NCBI GenBank assembly: GCA_024276425.1 | Contig: JAJRXF010000180.1 | Location: forward strand, 8,804 to 72,803 | DNA from: Actinomycetes bacterium | GTDB taxonomy: Bacteria > Actinomycetota > Acidimicrobiia > Acidimicrobiales > SZUA-35 | Direction: 5' to 3' | Length of the DNA stretch: 64,000 nt | In this document: one piece after another, positions 40,963-50,872 of the stretch | How the letters are laid out: the number at the start of each line of letters is the position of its first letter | Numbering within the stretch: position 1 is the first letter of the stretch | Made by a program: the position numbers and the translations under genes | Notes under the pieces: generated by a model | Seen by the model: the letters and a program-made list of their open reading frames with translations, nothing else | Told to the model about the DNA's origin: nothing | Databases searched by the model: none

Positions 40963-41720
40963 GCCCCGATGGTACGCACCGTTGCCTCGATCAGCCCCAT
41001 CGCGGTGTGGGGATTGGCAACCTCTGTCGCTTTGGCCCCTCCTTTCTCCAGAGCGGAGGCGGTCTGGGGACCAATGCAGATCAGCGCAGCTTCCGTTTGG
41101 AGCCCAGCATCGGCGAAGAGCCCCAGGAGACGGTCGGCGATCGAGCCCGAAGTCAACAAAATCGCATCCGCTTCCGCCGCATCCGCAACCGACTGGGGCG
41201 AAACCGGGGGCATGACACTTCGATAGGCCACAACGGCGTTAACCGAAAGACCATGAGCTAGCAGGCCATCAACGAGATCCGAGCCAGCAAGCTCACCAAG
41301 GGGGGCCAGAATCTGTTGGGGCTGGTCCGAAGACTGGGCTAGTTTTCCCAAGTCCTGAGCCAAGGCAGCCGCCGTCGCCTGAGTCGCCACAAGGGAAACC
41401 GGAATTCCCGCATCAATGAAAGGTTGAGCGGTTGCCGAGCCAACCACGGCCACCTTGGTCCTTGCCGGCCATGGCCGTAACCCCCGGCCATCCACGACCA
41501 TTCGAGCCGAGTTTTTTGATGTGCATGCCACCCAGGTGTATGACTCCAGGCTGTCGATGGCCCGACCGAGCCCTTGGCCAACGATGGGTACAACGGCCAC
41601 TAGAGGCAAAAGCAAAACGGTCGCACCCAGTGACCCAAGAGCGGCCGCGAGGTCATTCGCCTGATCCGGGGCCCGGCATAGGACTACCGTGCGATCAGCC
41701 AAGACGGTGGCGAGACTCAC
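40959..41720 (-). CDS. hemD: Uroporphyrinogen-III synthase
   Basis: CTSKNS, VGSATA, LTSGS, CIGPQTA; between hemC and hemB. Confidence 0.88.
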   Translation of the reverse strand: MSLATVLADRTVVLCRAPDQANDLAAALGSLGATVLLLPLVAVVPIVGQGLGRAIDSLESYTWVACTSKNSARMVVDGRGLRPWPARTKVAVVGSATAQPFIDAGIPVSLVATQATAAALAQDLGKLAQSSDQPQQILAPLGELAGSDLVDGLLAHGLSVNAVVAYRSVMPPVSPQSVADAAEADAILLTSGSIADRLLGLFADAGLQTEAALICIGPQTASALEKGGAKATEVANPHTAMGLIEATVRTIGA

Positions 41721-42613
41721 GATCGGGTCGACTCCACCCGCTGCCGAAGTTCGACCGCTGCTGCCACACCGACCTCGCGATGACCCCGACCGGTCATAGC
41801 GAGTTCGATTCGCTCGTAGGCCCCGGTATCTGGATCGGCCAACATCGCTGACAGGGCGAACTCATTCGGCTTGTCTCGTGCAGGCCCACAAAATGCCCCG
41901 GCAGGCAGATCACAGTCACCGCCAAGCTCGGCCAAGAATGCCCGTTCGGTTTCCACCTGCAATCTGGTGAGTGGATCGTCGATCTTGGCCAACAAACCAG
42001 CAACGTCACTGTTGTCTTCACGACATTCGATGGCCAAGGCCCCCTGTCCGACCTGCGGAATCATGAGCCTGGGCTCAAGAACCTCCACCGCGTCCGGCTG
42101 TTCACCTAAGCGTTGCAGCGCGGCGGCAGCCATCACGATAGCCCCACCGTCGGGGATCTTGGACAACCGGGTTCCGATATTGCCCCGTAGCCCAACAAAG
42201 CTCAGATCGGGACGAATCCGAGCCAGTTGTGCCTGTCGACGATTGGATCCGGTGGCCACAACCGCACCCAAGGCTAAACCCTTGAGGGTCGACCCCACTA
42301 AAGCGTCTCGAACATCGCCCCGTCGCGGAAAGGCGGCGATGATCAGCCCATCGGGTGAGACCGCTTGCAAGTCCTTGGCCGAGTGAACAGCAATATCGGC
42401 CTCCAAGCCAAGAACTTGGGCCTGAACTTCCTTGCTAAATGCGCCCTTGCCTCCAAGGGCCGAGATTGGCAAACTCTGGTTCCGGTCCGCCTGAGTTTCC
42501 AGCTTGACAAACTCAATCTTGACCGCGGGATCGACCATGCTGAGGAGTGCGGCAATATGGCGACTCTGCCAGAGAGCCAACGGACTCTGGCGGGTAGCAA
42601 TCCTGATGGTCAC
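41717..42613 (-). CDS. hemC: Hydroxymethylbilane synthase
   Basis: IATRQSPLALWQ, AVHSAKD, LRGNIGTRL, LGGDCDLP. Confidence 0.96.
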   Translation of the reverse strand: MTIRIATRQSPLALWQSRHIAALLSMVDPAVKIEFVKLETQADRNQSLPISALGGKGAFSKEVQAQVLGLEADIAVHSAKDLQAVSPDGLIIAAFPRRGDVRDALVGSTLKGLALGAVVATGSNRRQAQLARIRPDLSFVGLRGNIGTRLSKIPDGGAIVMAAAALQRLGEQPDAVEVLEPRLMIPQVGQGALAIECREDNSDVAGLLAKIDDPLTRLQVETERAFLAELGGDCDLPAGAFCGPARDKPNEFALSAMLADPDTGAYERIELAMTGRGHREVGVAAAVELRQRVESTRS

Positions 42614-43869
42614 GATATGTCGAAAAGCTCTCGAAGTGCTTCGGCCAGACGGTCACCACGTCGCGAACCGGCAGCGTCGCGAAGCTGGATCGAGGGATCA
42701 TGGAGCATTTTGGCAACAACGGCATGGGTCAAGGCTTCGACTGCTTCGAACTCCGCCTCACTGAGGTTCTTGAGACGTTTCTGATAGTGCTCAACCTCGC
42801 CTCGACGAATGGCCTCTGCCTTGCGATGAAGCTGCCCAAGAAGCGGGGCCACCTCGGTTGCGCTTCTAGCTGATCGATAGCGAATGACCTCGTCGACGAC
42901 GACTAGCCGAGCCTCTGCGGCTTGCTTGTGTCGCTCTTGAAGCCCTCGGTTGGCAAACTCCTGTAGATCACGAAGAGTAAGCAGGCTGACCCAGTCAAGC
43001 TGGGTGACCTCGGGGTCGACGTCATGGGGCACGGCCAGGTCGAGAATGAGCATTGGCTCACGAGAGCTGGTGCGGGCACCCTCAATATCAGCCGTGCTAA
43101 TCACGATCCCGGGGGCCCCCGTTGCACTAATGACCACATCTGCCTCGGCTAAGGCCAAAGGCAGGTCACGAAACGGAGTGGTTTCCCCACCCAAGGTCTG
43201 CGCAATGGCTGAGGCCTTGGATGCTGTGCGGTTGGTTACGACAAGATTGACATCTACCGAGCGAGACAGGGCCGTTGCCACCCCAGCGCCGACCTCACCG
43301 GCACCAACGAGGAGTACGCGCTTCCCGTCAAGATCTCCACCGCTTTCCGCTACCAAACTAACCGCGGCCTGAGAAATGGACGCGGTACGCCGGCCAATGG
43401 CCGTGTCGGTACGGACTCGACGCCCCGCCCCGATCGCTGATGAGAAAAGCGAATCGAGAGCCCTTCCAACCACACCCTCAGCCTTGGCCGTCTCCCAGGC
43501 GGTCCGAATTTGACCAAGAATCTCATGCTCGCCCAGAACAGCGGAATCAAGCCCAGCGGCTACTTCAAACAGGTGCCTAACGGCGTCATCGTGGTAGTGA
43601 ACATACAGGTGATCACTGAAGTCATCCGGATCGACACCGGTGATGATCGAAAAGGCGTTTCGGACCTCCCGGTAGGCATCGTGGAACTGCTCGGCGTGAA
43701 CGTAGACCTCGGTTCGATTGCAGGTTGCCAATAGCACGGCTTCACTAACGAACTCACCACCAGTCAACTCGCCAAGCGCCTTTGGAACCCGATCGGCCGG
43801 CAAATTCATGCGCTCCAATAGATCGAGGGGCGCAGAGCGGTAATTCAGGCCAATGGCGACGATAGACAT
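42610..43869 (-). CDS. hemA: Glutamyl-tRNA reductase
   Basis: ATCNRTEVY, GLDSAVLGEHEILGQ, GAGEVG, DLAVPHD. Confidence 0.96.
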   Translation of the reverse strand: MSIVAIGLNYRSAPLDLLERMNLPADRVPKALGELTGGEFVSEAVLLATCNRTEVYVHAEQFHDAYREVRNAFSIITGVDPDDFSDHLYVHYHDDAVRHLFEVAAGLDSAVLGEHEILGQIRTAWETAKAEGVVGRALDSLFSSAIGAGRRVRTDTAIGRRTASISQAAVSLVAESGGDLDGKRVLLVGAGEVGAGVATALSRSVDVNLVVTNRTASKASAIAQTLGGETTPFRDLPLALAEADVVISATGAPGIVISTADIEGARTSSREPMLILDLAVPHDVDPEVTQLDWVSLLTLRDLQEFANRGLQERHKQAAEARLVVVDEVIRYRSARSATEVAPLLGQLHRKAEAIRRGEVEHYQKRLKNLSEAEFEAVEALTHAVVAKMLHDPSIQLRDAAGSRRGDRLAEALRELFDIS

Positions 43870-44039
43870 GGAACTCCCTGGGCGAACGGCGGCGGCCGCT
43901 GTTGGGGTGGAACCCAGTCAACCCGAAGAACGCTGCGCTTCCACCCCTCAACCTGGTCCCAATGTCGGGTACCTACCGGAGCTGCGGTGTCAAGCATGAC
44001 CCGACACAGCACATCAACCTGGTCTCAGCGCCTATCTGG

Positions 44040-45578
44040 TCAGGAATCAGGCAGATCCTGGCGTCGGAGCTTTCCGATTGTGCTGATCGGCAACTCCAGC
44101 ACGGGGCTGATACGCGTCGGCACCTTGTAACGCGCGAGTTCGGTGCCACAATGCTCTCGCAACAGGTGTGGGTCGATCGTGTGGTCGGCCGCAGCCACGA
44201 CATAGGCGACGATTCGCTCGCCGGTTGTGTCATCGGGTTCTCCCCTAACTGCGGCTGCGACCACAGACGGATGAGAAACCAGGGCTGTTTCAACCTCGGT
44301 CGGGTGCACATTGAAACCCGAAACGATGATCAGATCCTTGATACGAGTCATGATTGCGAGCCGACCGAAGTCATCAACAACAGCTAAATCGCCGGTCCGA
44401 AGCCAGCCGTTTTCGGTTTGGCTGGATGAGACAATTTCACCATCACCGCCCTCACCTAGTACCCAGTAGCCCGGAGACAGCATTGGACCCCGTACCCAAA
44501 TCTCACCAACGTCGCCCACCAATACATTGTTTCCCTGAAGGTCAACCAGGCGAGCCTCAACGCCGGGCATGAGAGGCCCAACGGATCCGACCGGGGCATC
44601 GCTACCCATGCTGGAGGACAGAACTCCACCGGTTTCTGTCAACCCATAGCCTTCTTTAATGTCAAGTCCAAGCTTGTCTCGTACCTCTAGGGCCAAGGCC
44701 GGTTCTAACCGAGCCGCTCCAGATACGGCAAGTTCGACGCTCGTCATGTCAGTTGCTTGGATCGTCGGATCCCGAATGAGACTGGCCCACATGGTTGGTG
44801 GCCCGACCAAAATGCTGACGGCATTCTCGCGAACCAACTCGCCGATCCGACCAGGACCGTCATGATCTTCAAGCACGATGGTCGCTCCGGTTGTGAGGGC
44901 CAAGTTGACAATCAGATTGATCCCAAAAACATGGAAGAGGGGGATCACGGCCAGCGCGGTGTGATGTTGGTTGAAGAAGTCCGGATTGACCGAGATCACC
45001 GACAGGATGCTTGTCCGCAAGTTCCGGTGAGTCAGCACGGCTGGTTTGGGATCTCCAGCAGTCCCCGAGGTAAAAAGGAAGATTGCCGGGTCGTGGTCGG
45101 CAACCTCAGCAACTGCTCCTGGTGTCCCCCTTTCAAGGTCGCTGATCGTTGGTACGGAGTCAAGGTCGTCGCTGGCCCCCTCACCGTGGCCAGCGACGAA
45201 ACACAACCCATCATCGAGGTCTCCCGAAAGGCCCATGGCGCGCAACTCCGACCAGACCTCACATCCAGCAACACCAACAATGATGGAACGGGCTGCTACC
45301 GCGTCGAGTTGACGCCGGAGTTCGGCTGGGGGGGATTGAGGGTTCAACGGGACCGTCACCAAGCCGGCGGTCAGACACGCGAGATAACCAATGACAAAGA
45401 TCTCGTCGTTTCCCGAAAGCAAAGCAACTCGATCACCGGGCCTGAGACCCGCAGACCTCAGCGAACCTCGCCAGCGGTCTACCCGCTCCGCCAGGGCGCT
45501 ATAGCTCGTGGACCGCCCACCGGCGACCAGGGCGACGCGATCCATGGGAGGGGTAGGAAATGACTCGGCGAGGTTCAC
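44040..45578 (-). CDS. AMP-binding acyl-CoA synthetase (long-chain fatty acid-CoA ligase family)
   Basis: FTSGTAGDPK, EGYGLTET, WLRTGD, RIKDLIIVSGFNV, GKL; start uncertain (45545-45596). Confidence 0.9.
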   Translation of the reverse strand: MNLAESFPTPPMDRVALVAGGRSTSYSALAERVDRWRGSLRSAGLRPGDRVALLSGNDEIFVIGYLACLTAGLVTVPLNPQSPPAELRRQLDAVAARSIIVGVAGCEVWSELRAMGLSGDLDDGLCFVAGHGEGASDDLDSVPTISDLERGTPGAVAEVADHDPAIFLFTSGTAGDPKPAVLTHRNLRTSILSVISVNPDFFNQHHTALAVIPLFHVFGINLIVNLALTTGATIVLEDHDGPGRIGELVRENAVSILVGPPTMWASLIRDPTIQATDMTSVELAVSGAARLEPALALEVRDKLGLDIKEGYGLTETGGVLSSSMGSDAPVGSVGPLMPGVEARLVDLQGNNVLVGDVGEIWVRGPMLSPGYWVLGEGGDGEIVSSSQTENGWLRTGDLAVVDDFGRLAIMTRIKDLIIVSGFNVHPTEVETALVSHPSVVAAAVRGEPDDTTGERIVAYVVAAADHTIDPHLLREHCGTELARYKVPTRISPVLELPISTIGKLRRQDLPDS

Positions 45579-45653
45579 CTCAAGAGTCAAACACACTTCT
45601 GGGCGAAGATCCTCACATCCTCAAATCGCGGCCAATGCTGCCGATGACAATGG

Positions 45654-46421
45654 GTGATGATGGCATTGTCCAAATCCCTATTGGCCACAGCTTCGCGGTC
45701 TCGGTTGCGGCTCCTGCTAGCCGTGGTTGTCAGCTTGGGTGCCCTGGCGATGAGTGGATCGGCTGTGCTAGCGGCCGAGGCTGACGACGAGGTAGCCTTC
45801 ATCGAGCGAATCAACGATTTGCGCGTCCGTGAGGGGCTCGCTCCGCTTCAAGTTGATAAGGAACTGGAAACTGCCGCTCGAATCTGGGCTAACCAGATTA
45901 GTATCGATGGTGCGCTGTCTCATGCTCCAGACCTATCGGTCGGGGTCTCATCGGAGTGGGCCAAGCTGGGCGAAAACGTCGGAGTGGCCGACGCTGATCA
46001 ACTTGATGAACTATTCGACGCCTTTGTGAATAGCCCCGGCCACTACGCCAATCTGACAGACCCATCGTTCACCCATATCGGGGTTGGGGTGGTCTATGAC
46101 CAACAGGGACAAATGTGGACTACTCATCGGTTTATGGCCAAAGTCGAGACCACCACGGTCACCCTCGCCCCTACACCAACATCCGAGGTGACCTCCACAA
46201 CCTTGGTTGCTACGACGTCGGTTCCGTCCTCCACATCAACTGTGCCATCCAGCCAACCGACACCAACCACGACTGAACTCAAGGACCCAACCACAACGGC
46301 GGCACCCACGACGACCGAACTCGTTCGATCAGAGAGTGGGCGCAGCCCGTTACAGGTCGTTCCGACCAAACCAATCGACACCAAAGTATTGGCCGACCTC
46401 TTCGCCTCGTTGAGTCGCTAG
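45654..46421 (+). CDS. Secreted CAP (SCP) domain protein with Thr-rich tail
   Basis: Signal peptide, INDLR..GLAPL, GENVG, NSPGHYANL, HIGVGV. Confidence 0.88.
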   Translation: MMMALSKSLLATASRSRLRLLLAVVVSLGALAMSGSAVLAAEADDEVAFIERINDLRVREGLAPLQVDKELETAARIWANQISIDGALSHAPDLSVGVSSEWAKLGENVGVADADQLDELFDAFVNSPGHYANLTDPSFTHIGVGVVYDQQGQMWTTHRFMAKVETTTVTLAPTPTSEVTSTTLVATTSVPSSTSTVPSSQPTPTTTELKDPTTTAAPTTTELVRSESGRSPLQVVPTKPIDTKVLADLFASLSR

Positions 46422-46558
46422 GTCCCTAGTTGTTTGGGACGAGCAGATAGAACTGCAACGCACCCGCGATTAGTATTGCTAGTAGGAGAAAGGCCATCAG
46501 GGCCACTGTCCTCGCTCTCATCGCTCAACCCGTCTCATGATGAAGCCTGCCTCAAGAT

Positions 46559-47479
46559 TCAGCCGGTACTCGGTTCGGGGCTCGGCGCCACAGTGGTTGG
46601 CTTGGATTGCCCAACAACAGGTGATTGAATAACCACTGGCGAGGGAGCGCTTGTGGGACCATCGGCTGCTCGAATCCTGACTTGTGAACCCTCATCGATT
46701 GCGAGTTCTAGGGCCGCCGAGCCCTGATCGACAGCGATGGCAAGCAGACCATATGAATCAACCACAAGTCCGACTGAACCGGTTGAAATCTCAGCGAAGC
46801 TGGTCACTCTCTTGGCTGTGCGGGTGCTCCGCCCTCCCTCAACTTGTACAAACTCACCCCAAGACTCCAATTCCTTCGGGTCCACATTAAGTTGGACATT
46901 GCCAAATCGGTCAACCCAGAGGACCTCGGCCCGAATTGATCCATCATCATCCGCCTGACTAACAGGAAGGATGCCCGGAACGAGCCCAGACGGATCGATC
47001 GGGGACCCAAGTTCGACCAAAGGTACGCCCTGGCAAAGATGAGCGGCCACGGGCCCAAAAATGTCTCGACCATCAAAGGTTGGTCCGGGGGCGCTCAGGT
47101 GATAGTTGGTGTTGTCCAATATCACCGCAGCGGTTGCGCCACCGACCAGCGAGACTGCCGGAGCGAACAGGCCGTTGTCCGGTCCAACCAGATAAGCCTC
47201 CCAATCCGCTACTTCGATTGCAATGGGTTTTCGCTCCGTCGCCACGCCCGGATCAACAACCCCAAGTACTACGCCGGGTGCCATGTATTGCACCGCTCGA
47301 GCCAAGGCCAAGCCTCCAGCGCGAATATCGTGAGGCTCGATGTCATGGCTGATATCGATCACTCTCACGTCGGGTGCAATCGAGCGAATGACCGATTTGA
47401 CCACGCCAACAAACTCGTCCTTAAGGCCGTAGTCGGTCAGGAATGAAATTGTTGATCGTTCCGGGGGCGATGCGCTCAC
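46559..47479 (-). CDS. SAM-dependent chlorinase/fluorinase/hydroxide adenosyltransferase (DUF62) family protein
   Basis: FLTDYG, VVDPGV, GPDNG, TFDGRD, VDRFGN. Confidence 0.9.
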   Translation of the reverse strand: MSASPPERSTISFLTDYGLKDEFVGVVKSVIRSIAPDVRVIDISHDIEPHDIRAGGLALARAVQYMAPGVVLGVVDPGVATERKPIAIEVADWEAYLVGPDNGLFAPAVSLVGGATAAVILDNTNYHLSAPGPTFDGRDIFGPVAAHLCQGVPLVELGSPIDPSGLVPGILPVSQADDDGSIRAEVLWVDRFGNVQLNVDPKELESWGEFVQVEGGRSTRTAKRVTSFAEISTGSVGLVVDSYGLLAIAVDQGSAALELAIDEGSQVRIRAADGPTSAPSPVVIQSPVVGQSKPTTVAPSPEPSTG

Positions 47480-48279
47480 GCTCCGTCATCCTCGATGGTG
47501 GTCCCTAGTTCGAACGACCGTTGGCTCGCAGCCCCCACAGCATCAATCAGGGCTGCCCGAATGCCGCTCTGCTCAAGGACTCGTAGGCCCGCAGCCGTCG
47601 TTCCCGCCGGGGTTGTGACTGCGGCCCGCAGAACTCCTGGTTCGTCCCCGGTTTCGGCCAGCATGGCAGCCGCTCCAGTCATTGTTTGTTCGGCCAGGGT
47701 TTTGGCGATTGGTCGAGGCAAGCCGGCAGTAACCCCAGCGTCAATAAGGGCTTCCACCATCAGGAAGAAGTAGGCCGGCCCCGATCCAGATAGCCCGGTC
47801 ACCGCATCGAGTTGAGCTTCGGTTACCACAACAGCCTTGCCAACGGCTGAGAGGAAGGACAGCGCCCATGCCAGATCATCATCGGTTGCCATTGACCCGG
47901 CGGCCAACGCGGATGCCCCAGCCCCAACCAATGCAGGAGTGTTCGGCATGATCCGAACCACCGGGGTGCCTTCGGGAAGTACTGACTCCATCCGAGAAGT
48001 GGTGATGCCAGCGGCGACCGATGCCACTCTGGCTGGTTTGGGCAGGGCCTTTGCCGCGGCTAGAACATGATGAGGTTTGGTGGCCAGAACGGCATCAACC
48101 CCTGGCTGGGCGACATCCAACACCTGAACTCCGGGAAACAGGTTCGTGAGGTGTTTCCGCTGGCCAGGATCCAGATCGACAACTACCAATTCTTCTGGTT
48201 TGGCCCAGTTCGCGGCAATCATGCCGCCAAGCAGCGCTTGGCCCATCTTGCCACCACCAACCATCTGCAGCTTCGTCAT
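47476..48279 (-). CDS. proC: Pyrroline-5-carboxylate reductase
   Basis: GGGKMG, RIMPNTP, GLSGSGPAY, VTTPAGTT; start trimmed to ATG 48279. Confidence 0.95.
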   Translation of the reverse strand: MTKLQMVGGGKMGQALLGGMIAANWAKPEELVVVDLDPGQRKHLTNLFPGVQVLDVAQPGVDAVLATKPHHVLAAAKALPKPARVASVAAGITTSRMESVLPEGTPVVRIMPNTPALVGAGASALAAGSMATDDDLAWALSFLSAVGKAVVVTEAQLDAVTGLSGSGPAYFFLMVEALIDAGVTAGLPRPIAKTLAEQTMTGAAAMLAETGDEPGVLRAAVTTPAGTTAAGLRVLEQSGIRAALIDAVGAASQRSFELGTTIEDDGA

Positions 48280-48319
48280 GACCCCAAAGTTATCGTTACC
48301 CGGCTGGGTGTGGACCATT

Positions 48320-48353
48320 TCAGTGCGCCTTATCAGTGCGCATATCAGTGCGC
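48320..48353. repeat. Triple direct repeat TCAGTGCGC upstream of proC
   Basis: Copies at 48320-48328, 48333-48341, 48345-48353. Confidence 0.75.
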
Positions 48354-48508
48354 CTTGATATGCCCGGGGCAACAAGCAGAGCCAAGGGCAGGCAAAGAAG
48401 CGGTTGGTTGGAGCGGCATTCTGAGGGCTTCCCCGACCCCTATCCAACACCGCCCCAACCGAACGATGAATCGTACTCTATGACGATGTTTATGTAATTC
48501 AACCGTAT

Positions 48509-48967
48509 TTAAGAGAAATAAGAAGAAAATCCGATACGTAAGGCTGGTCGAAAAAACTGTTCGATCCATACGTAGATCGACCCAAGCACCCGGTCAAGTT
48601 CGCCGGAGTTGACGAGGCTGTTGTCCACATGGCCTTCAAGGTAGATGCCGTCCTCGTCACCAACGGAGAACTTAGCTCCATAAAGCCGATGGTTCCGTCG
48701 AAGTAGATGGGCGAAGAATTCGACCTCATTGTCAATCGGCCACGGCATGACATAGGCCTCGAAGAAGAGCGTTCTTTGCCCAAGTTCGAACCGGACGGTA
48801 GTGAAATCCTTCTCGTTCCCCTCAAGACGAACGAACCAGCGGCGACTGGGGGCCACACGTTCAACCGAGACTACCGCTGGGTTCGATTCCAGCTGATTGT
48901 CAAACCAATGATCAAGAAACTCCTCAAGTCGGTGCAGGTTCTCGTCTGTCTGAAGGTTCGGTGTCAA
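48509..48967 (-). CDS. YbjN-domain (type III chaperone-like) protein
   Basis: VRLEGNEK..T, LLRRN..LYG..F, GDIYL-like segment, ELDRVLG; typical position downstream of mshA. Confidence 0.75.
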   Translation of the reverse strand: MTPNLQTDENLHRLEEFLDHWFDNQLESNPAVVSVERVAPSRRWFVRLEGNEKDFTTVRFELGQRTLFFEAYVMPWPIDNEVEFFAHLLRRNHRLYGAKFSVGDEDGIYLEGHVDNSLVNSGELDRVLGSIYVWIEQFFRPALRIGFSSYFS

Positions 48968-48982
48968 CCTAGTGGTCCAAGG

Positions 48983-50206
48983 CTATTCCGAACACGGTGC
49001 GAGCGTCCGGGTTGTCACATCGGCATAAATCCGCCGAAGGCGGGCGGCCGAGGTACTCCAGGTGTAGTCCGCGGCCCGGGCCGCCGAGGACACCGACAGG
49101 CGTCGAGCCAGAACCGGGTCACCCAGAATGGCGTCAACCCATTCGGCGTAGAGTGCAGGATCTCTAGAGTCCACGAGATAGCCCGTGGTTCCATGTTCGA
49201 CCAACGTCAGCAAACCACCGACAGCCGACGCAATTACGGGTGTTCCGCACGCCGCCGCCTCAAGCGCCACCAATCCAAAGGATTCAGAACGACTCGGAAC
49301 CAAACAAAGGTCGGCGGCTCGATAGAACGTAGACAGCAGGTGGTGAGGTTGTGGGGGCACAAACCGAACTCGATCGATTAACCCTAGATCACTAACCATC
49401 TGCCGGATGCGCTGTACCTCCTGGGCTCCACCAGTCCCGCTCGCGCCACCAACAATCCAAAGTTTGGCGTCAGCCCGCTCAATTTGCGCCAGCGTAGAGA
49501 TGGCAACATCCACTCCCTTGAGCGGCTGGATCCGACCAACAAACAGCAGGAATGGAGAGTCGTCTGCTCCCAGAGCCCAGCGAGCTCCCGCCTGACTCCC
49601 AGGGGAAAAGAACGCCTGGTCAACTCCGGGCGTGACAATTTCGACCCGATCCCGATCGACTTCATAGAACTGGGCCAGCTGCTCAGCCTCCGGTTGACAG
49701 TTGGCCAATACCACATCGGCGCAAGCCATCACGTTGGCCTCAGCCAAAGCCCGCGCCTCAGGCTCCCGATCACCACTGACGGCCTTGACTCGGGCCAGGG
49801 TATGGAAGGTGGTGACCAAGGGCAGATCGAGCTTTCGTTTCACAATCTGACCCGCTACCCCCGAGAGCCAGTAGTTGGCGTGAACTACATCTGGTTGAAA
49901 CTCGACGAGATCATCGATCACGCCAACCGCAAACTCTTCAACCAGTCCCGGCAGTTGTTCTTTTGTCGCGTCCGGTGGGCCCGCAGGAATGTGAACAACA
50001 TCGAAGCCGGGCTCTACCTGAACCCGGCGCTGCAACGAAGCGTCCCAAGCCCGGACATAAACCCGACACAGCACACCAGCCTGGGCGAGAGAAGACACCA
50101 GCTCGCGAACGTACACATTCATGCCTCCACCATCCCCCGTGCCTGGCTGGGCCAGGGGGGACGTGTGCAACGACAAGACGGCTACCCGCCGGACAAAAGG
50201 CTTCAA
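48983..50206 (-). CDS. mshA: D-inositol-3-phosphate glycosyltransferase (mycothiol synthesis)
   Basis: RVAVLSLHTSPLAQPGTGDGGGMNVY, HANYWLSG, GRIQPLKG, ESFGLVALEA; start uncertain (TTG 50206 chosen to avoid a large overlap). Confidence 0.88.
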   Translation of the reverse strand: MKPFVRRVAVLSLHTSPLAQPGTGDGGGMNVYVRELVSSLAQAGVLCRVYVRAWDASLQRRVQVEPGFDVVHIPAGPPDATKEQLPGLVEEFAVGVIDDLVEFQPDVVHANYWLSGVAGQIVKRKLDLPLVTTFHTLARVKAVSGDREPEARALAEANVMACADVVLANCQPEAEQLAQFYEVDRDRVEIVTPGVDQAFFSPGSQAGARWALGADDSPFLLFVGRIQPLKGVDVAISTLAQIERADAKLWIVGGASGTGGAQEVQRIRQMVSDLGLIDRVRFVPPQPHHLLSTFYRAADLCLVPSRSESFGLVALEAAACGTPVIASAVGGLLTLVEHGTTGYLVDSRDPALYAEWVDAILGDPVLARRLSVSSAARAADYTWSTSAARLRRIYADVTTRTLAPCSE

Positions 50207-50267
50207 GGCGTCGGCTTTCTCAGTCGGCTTCTCCCGCCGGACGAGCGTAGCAAGGCGTTGGATCTCC

Positions 50268-50801
50268 TCATGAGAGAAAGGTATCCACAGAGACTTCCCC
50301 ATCTCGATATCTGCGGCCAATTTCGATCTGGATGGTATCGATGCGCTCGTGCAACTGCCGACGAACCGACGACAAGGATGCTTCAAACTCGCCAATCCGT
50401 TCGCACACCATCCGCAGGGAACCATCATCGAGCGAGTCAACCCCGCTGAGATCACCAGGGGAGACCACAGCGTCCAACTCCTCAACCAACATGAGAGCGA
50501 TCGATCCAGGCTCGTTGATCACAACGGCCCGGCCGCTGGTCCCTCGAGACTGACTACTCAGGATGTCGGGCAAACTAAAGAGCAGGCCGGGTAGATCAGA
50601 TCCATCCCCCTCGGCACCAGCCCTACGCCGTATTTCATGACCAACAATGTCAAGTCGACCCTGGGCAACACGCCGAACCAAGGACACATCATTCTCCGCC
50701 TGAGCGGCCGTGACTCGGGCCTGGCGAAGATCCGGAAGAGGCCGGGTTGTAATGTCGGTGAGAATGTCGTCGTCAAGTAGGCGATTCAGCTGTTCGTTCA
50801 C
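50268..50801 (-). CDS. rsiG: RsiG/AmfC-like c-di-GMP-binding anti-sigma factor
   Basis: Two E-x3-S-x2-R-x3-[QH]-x3-D motifs in coiled-coil segments; C-terminal RRYRDGEVSVD. Confidence 0.75.
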   Translation of the reverse strand: MNEQLNRLLDDDILTDITTRPLPDLRQARVTAAQAENDVSLVRRVAQGRLDIVGHEIRRRAGAEGDGSDLPGLLFSLPDILSSQSRGTSGRAVVINEPGSIALMLVEELDAVVSPGDLSGVDSLDDGSLRMVCERIGEFEASLSSVRRQLHERIDTIQIEIGRRYRDGEVSVDTFLS

Positions 50802-50872
50802 TTCTACAGGCTAGCCGAATGATTGCTGTCACCCGTCCAGGTGACTGTCTGGTACCAGTCTCAGGGGCGGGA

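Noticed and set aside
46559-47479. Fluorinase or chlorinase call
   Set aside because: It lacks the halogenase-type active-site segment and there is no biosynthetic cluster context
50207-50485. Long N-terminal extension of MshA (likewise the ORF-track extensions of ProC, NuoI, NuoH, Rieske, cytochrome b6 and ferredoxin)
   Set aside because: These extensions overlap upstream genes or promoters and show no family similarity; downstream starts fit better
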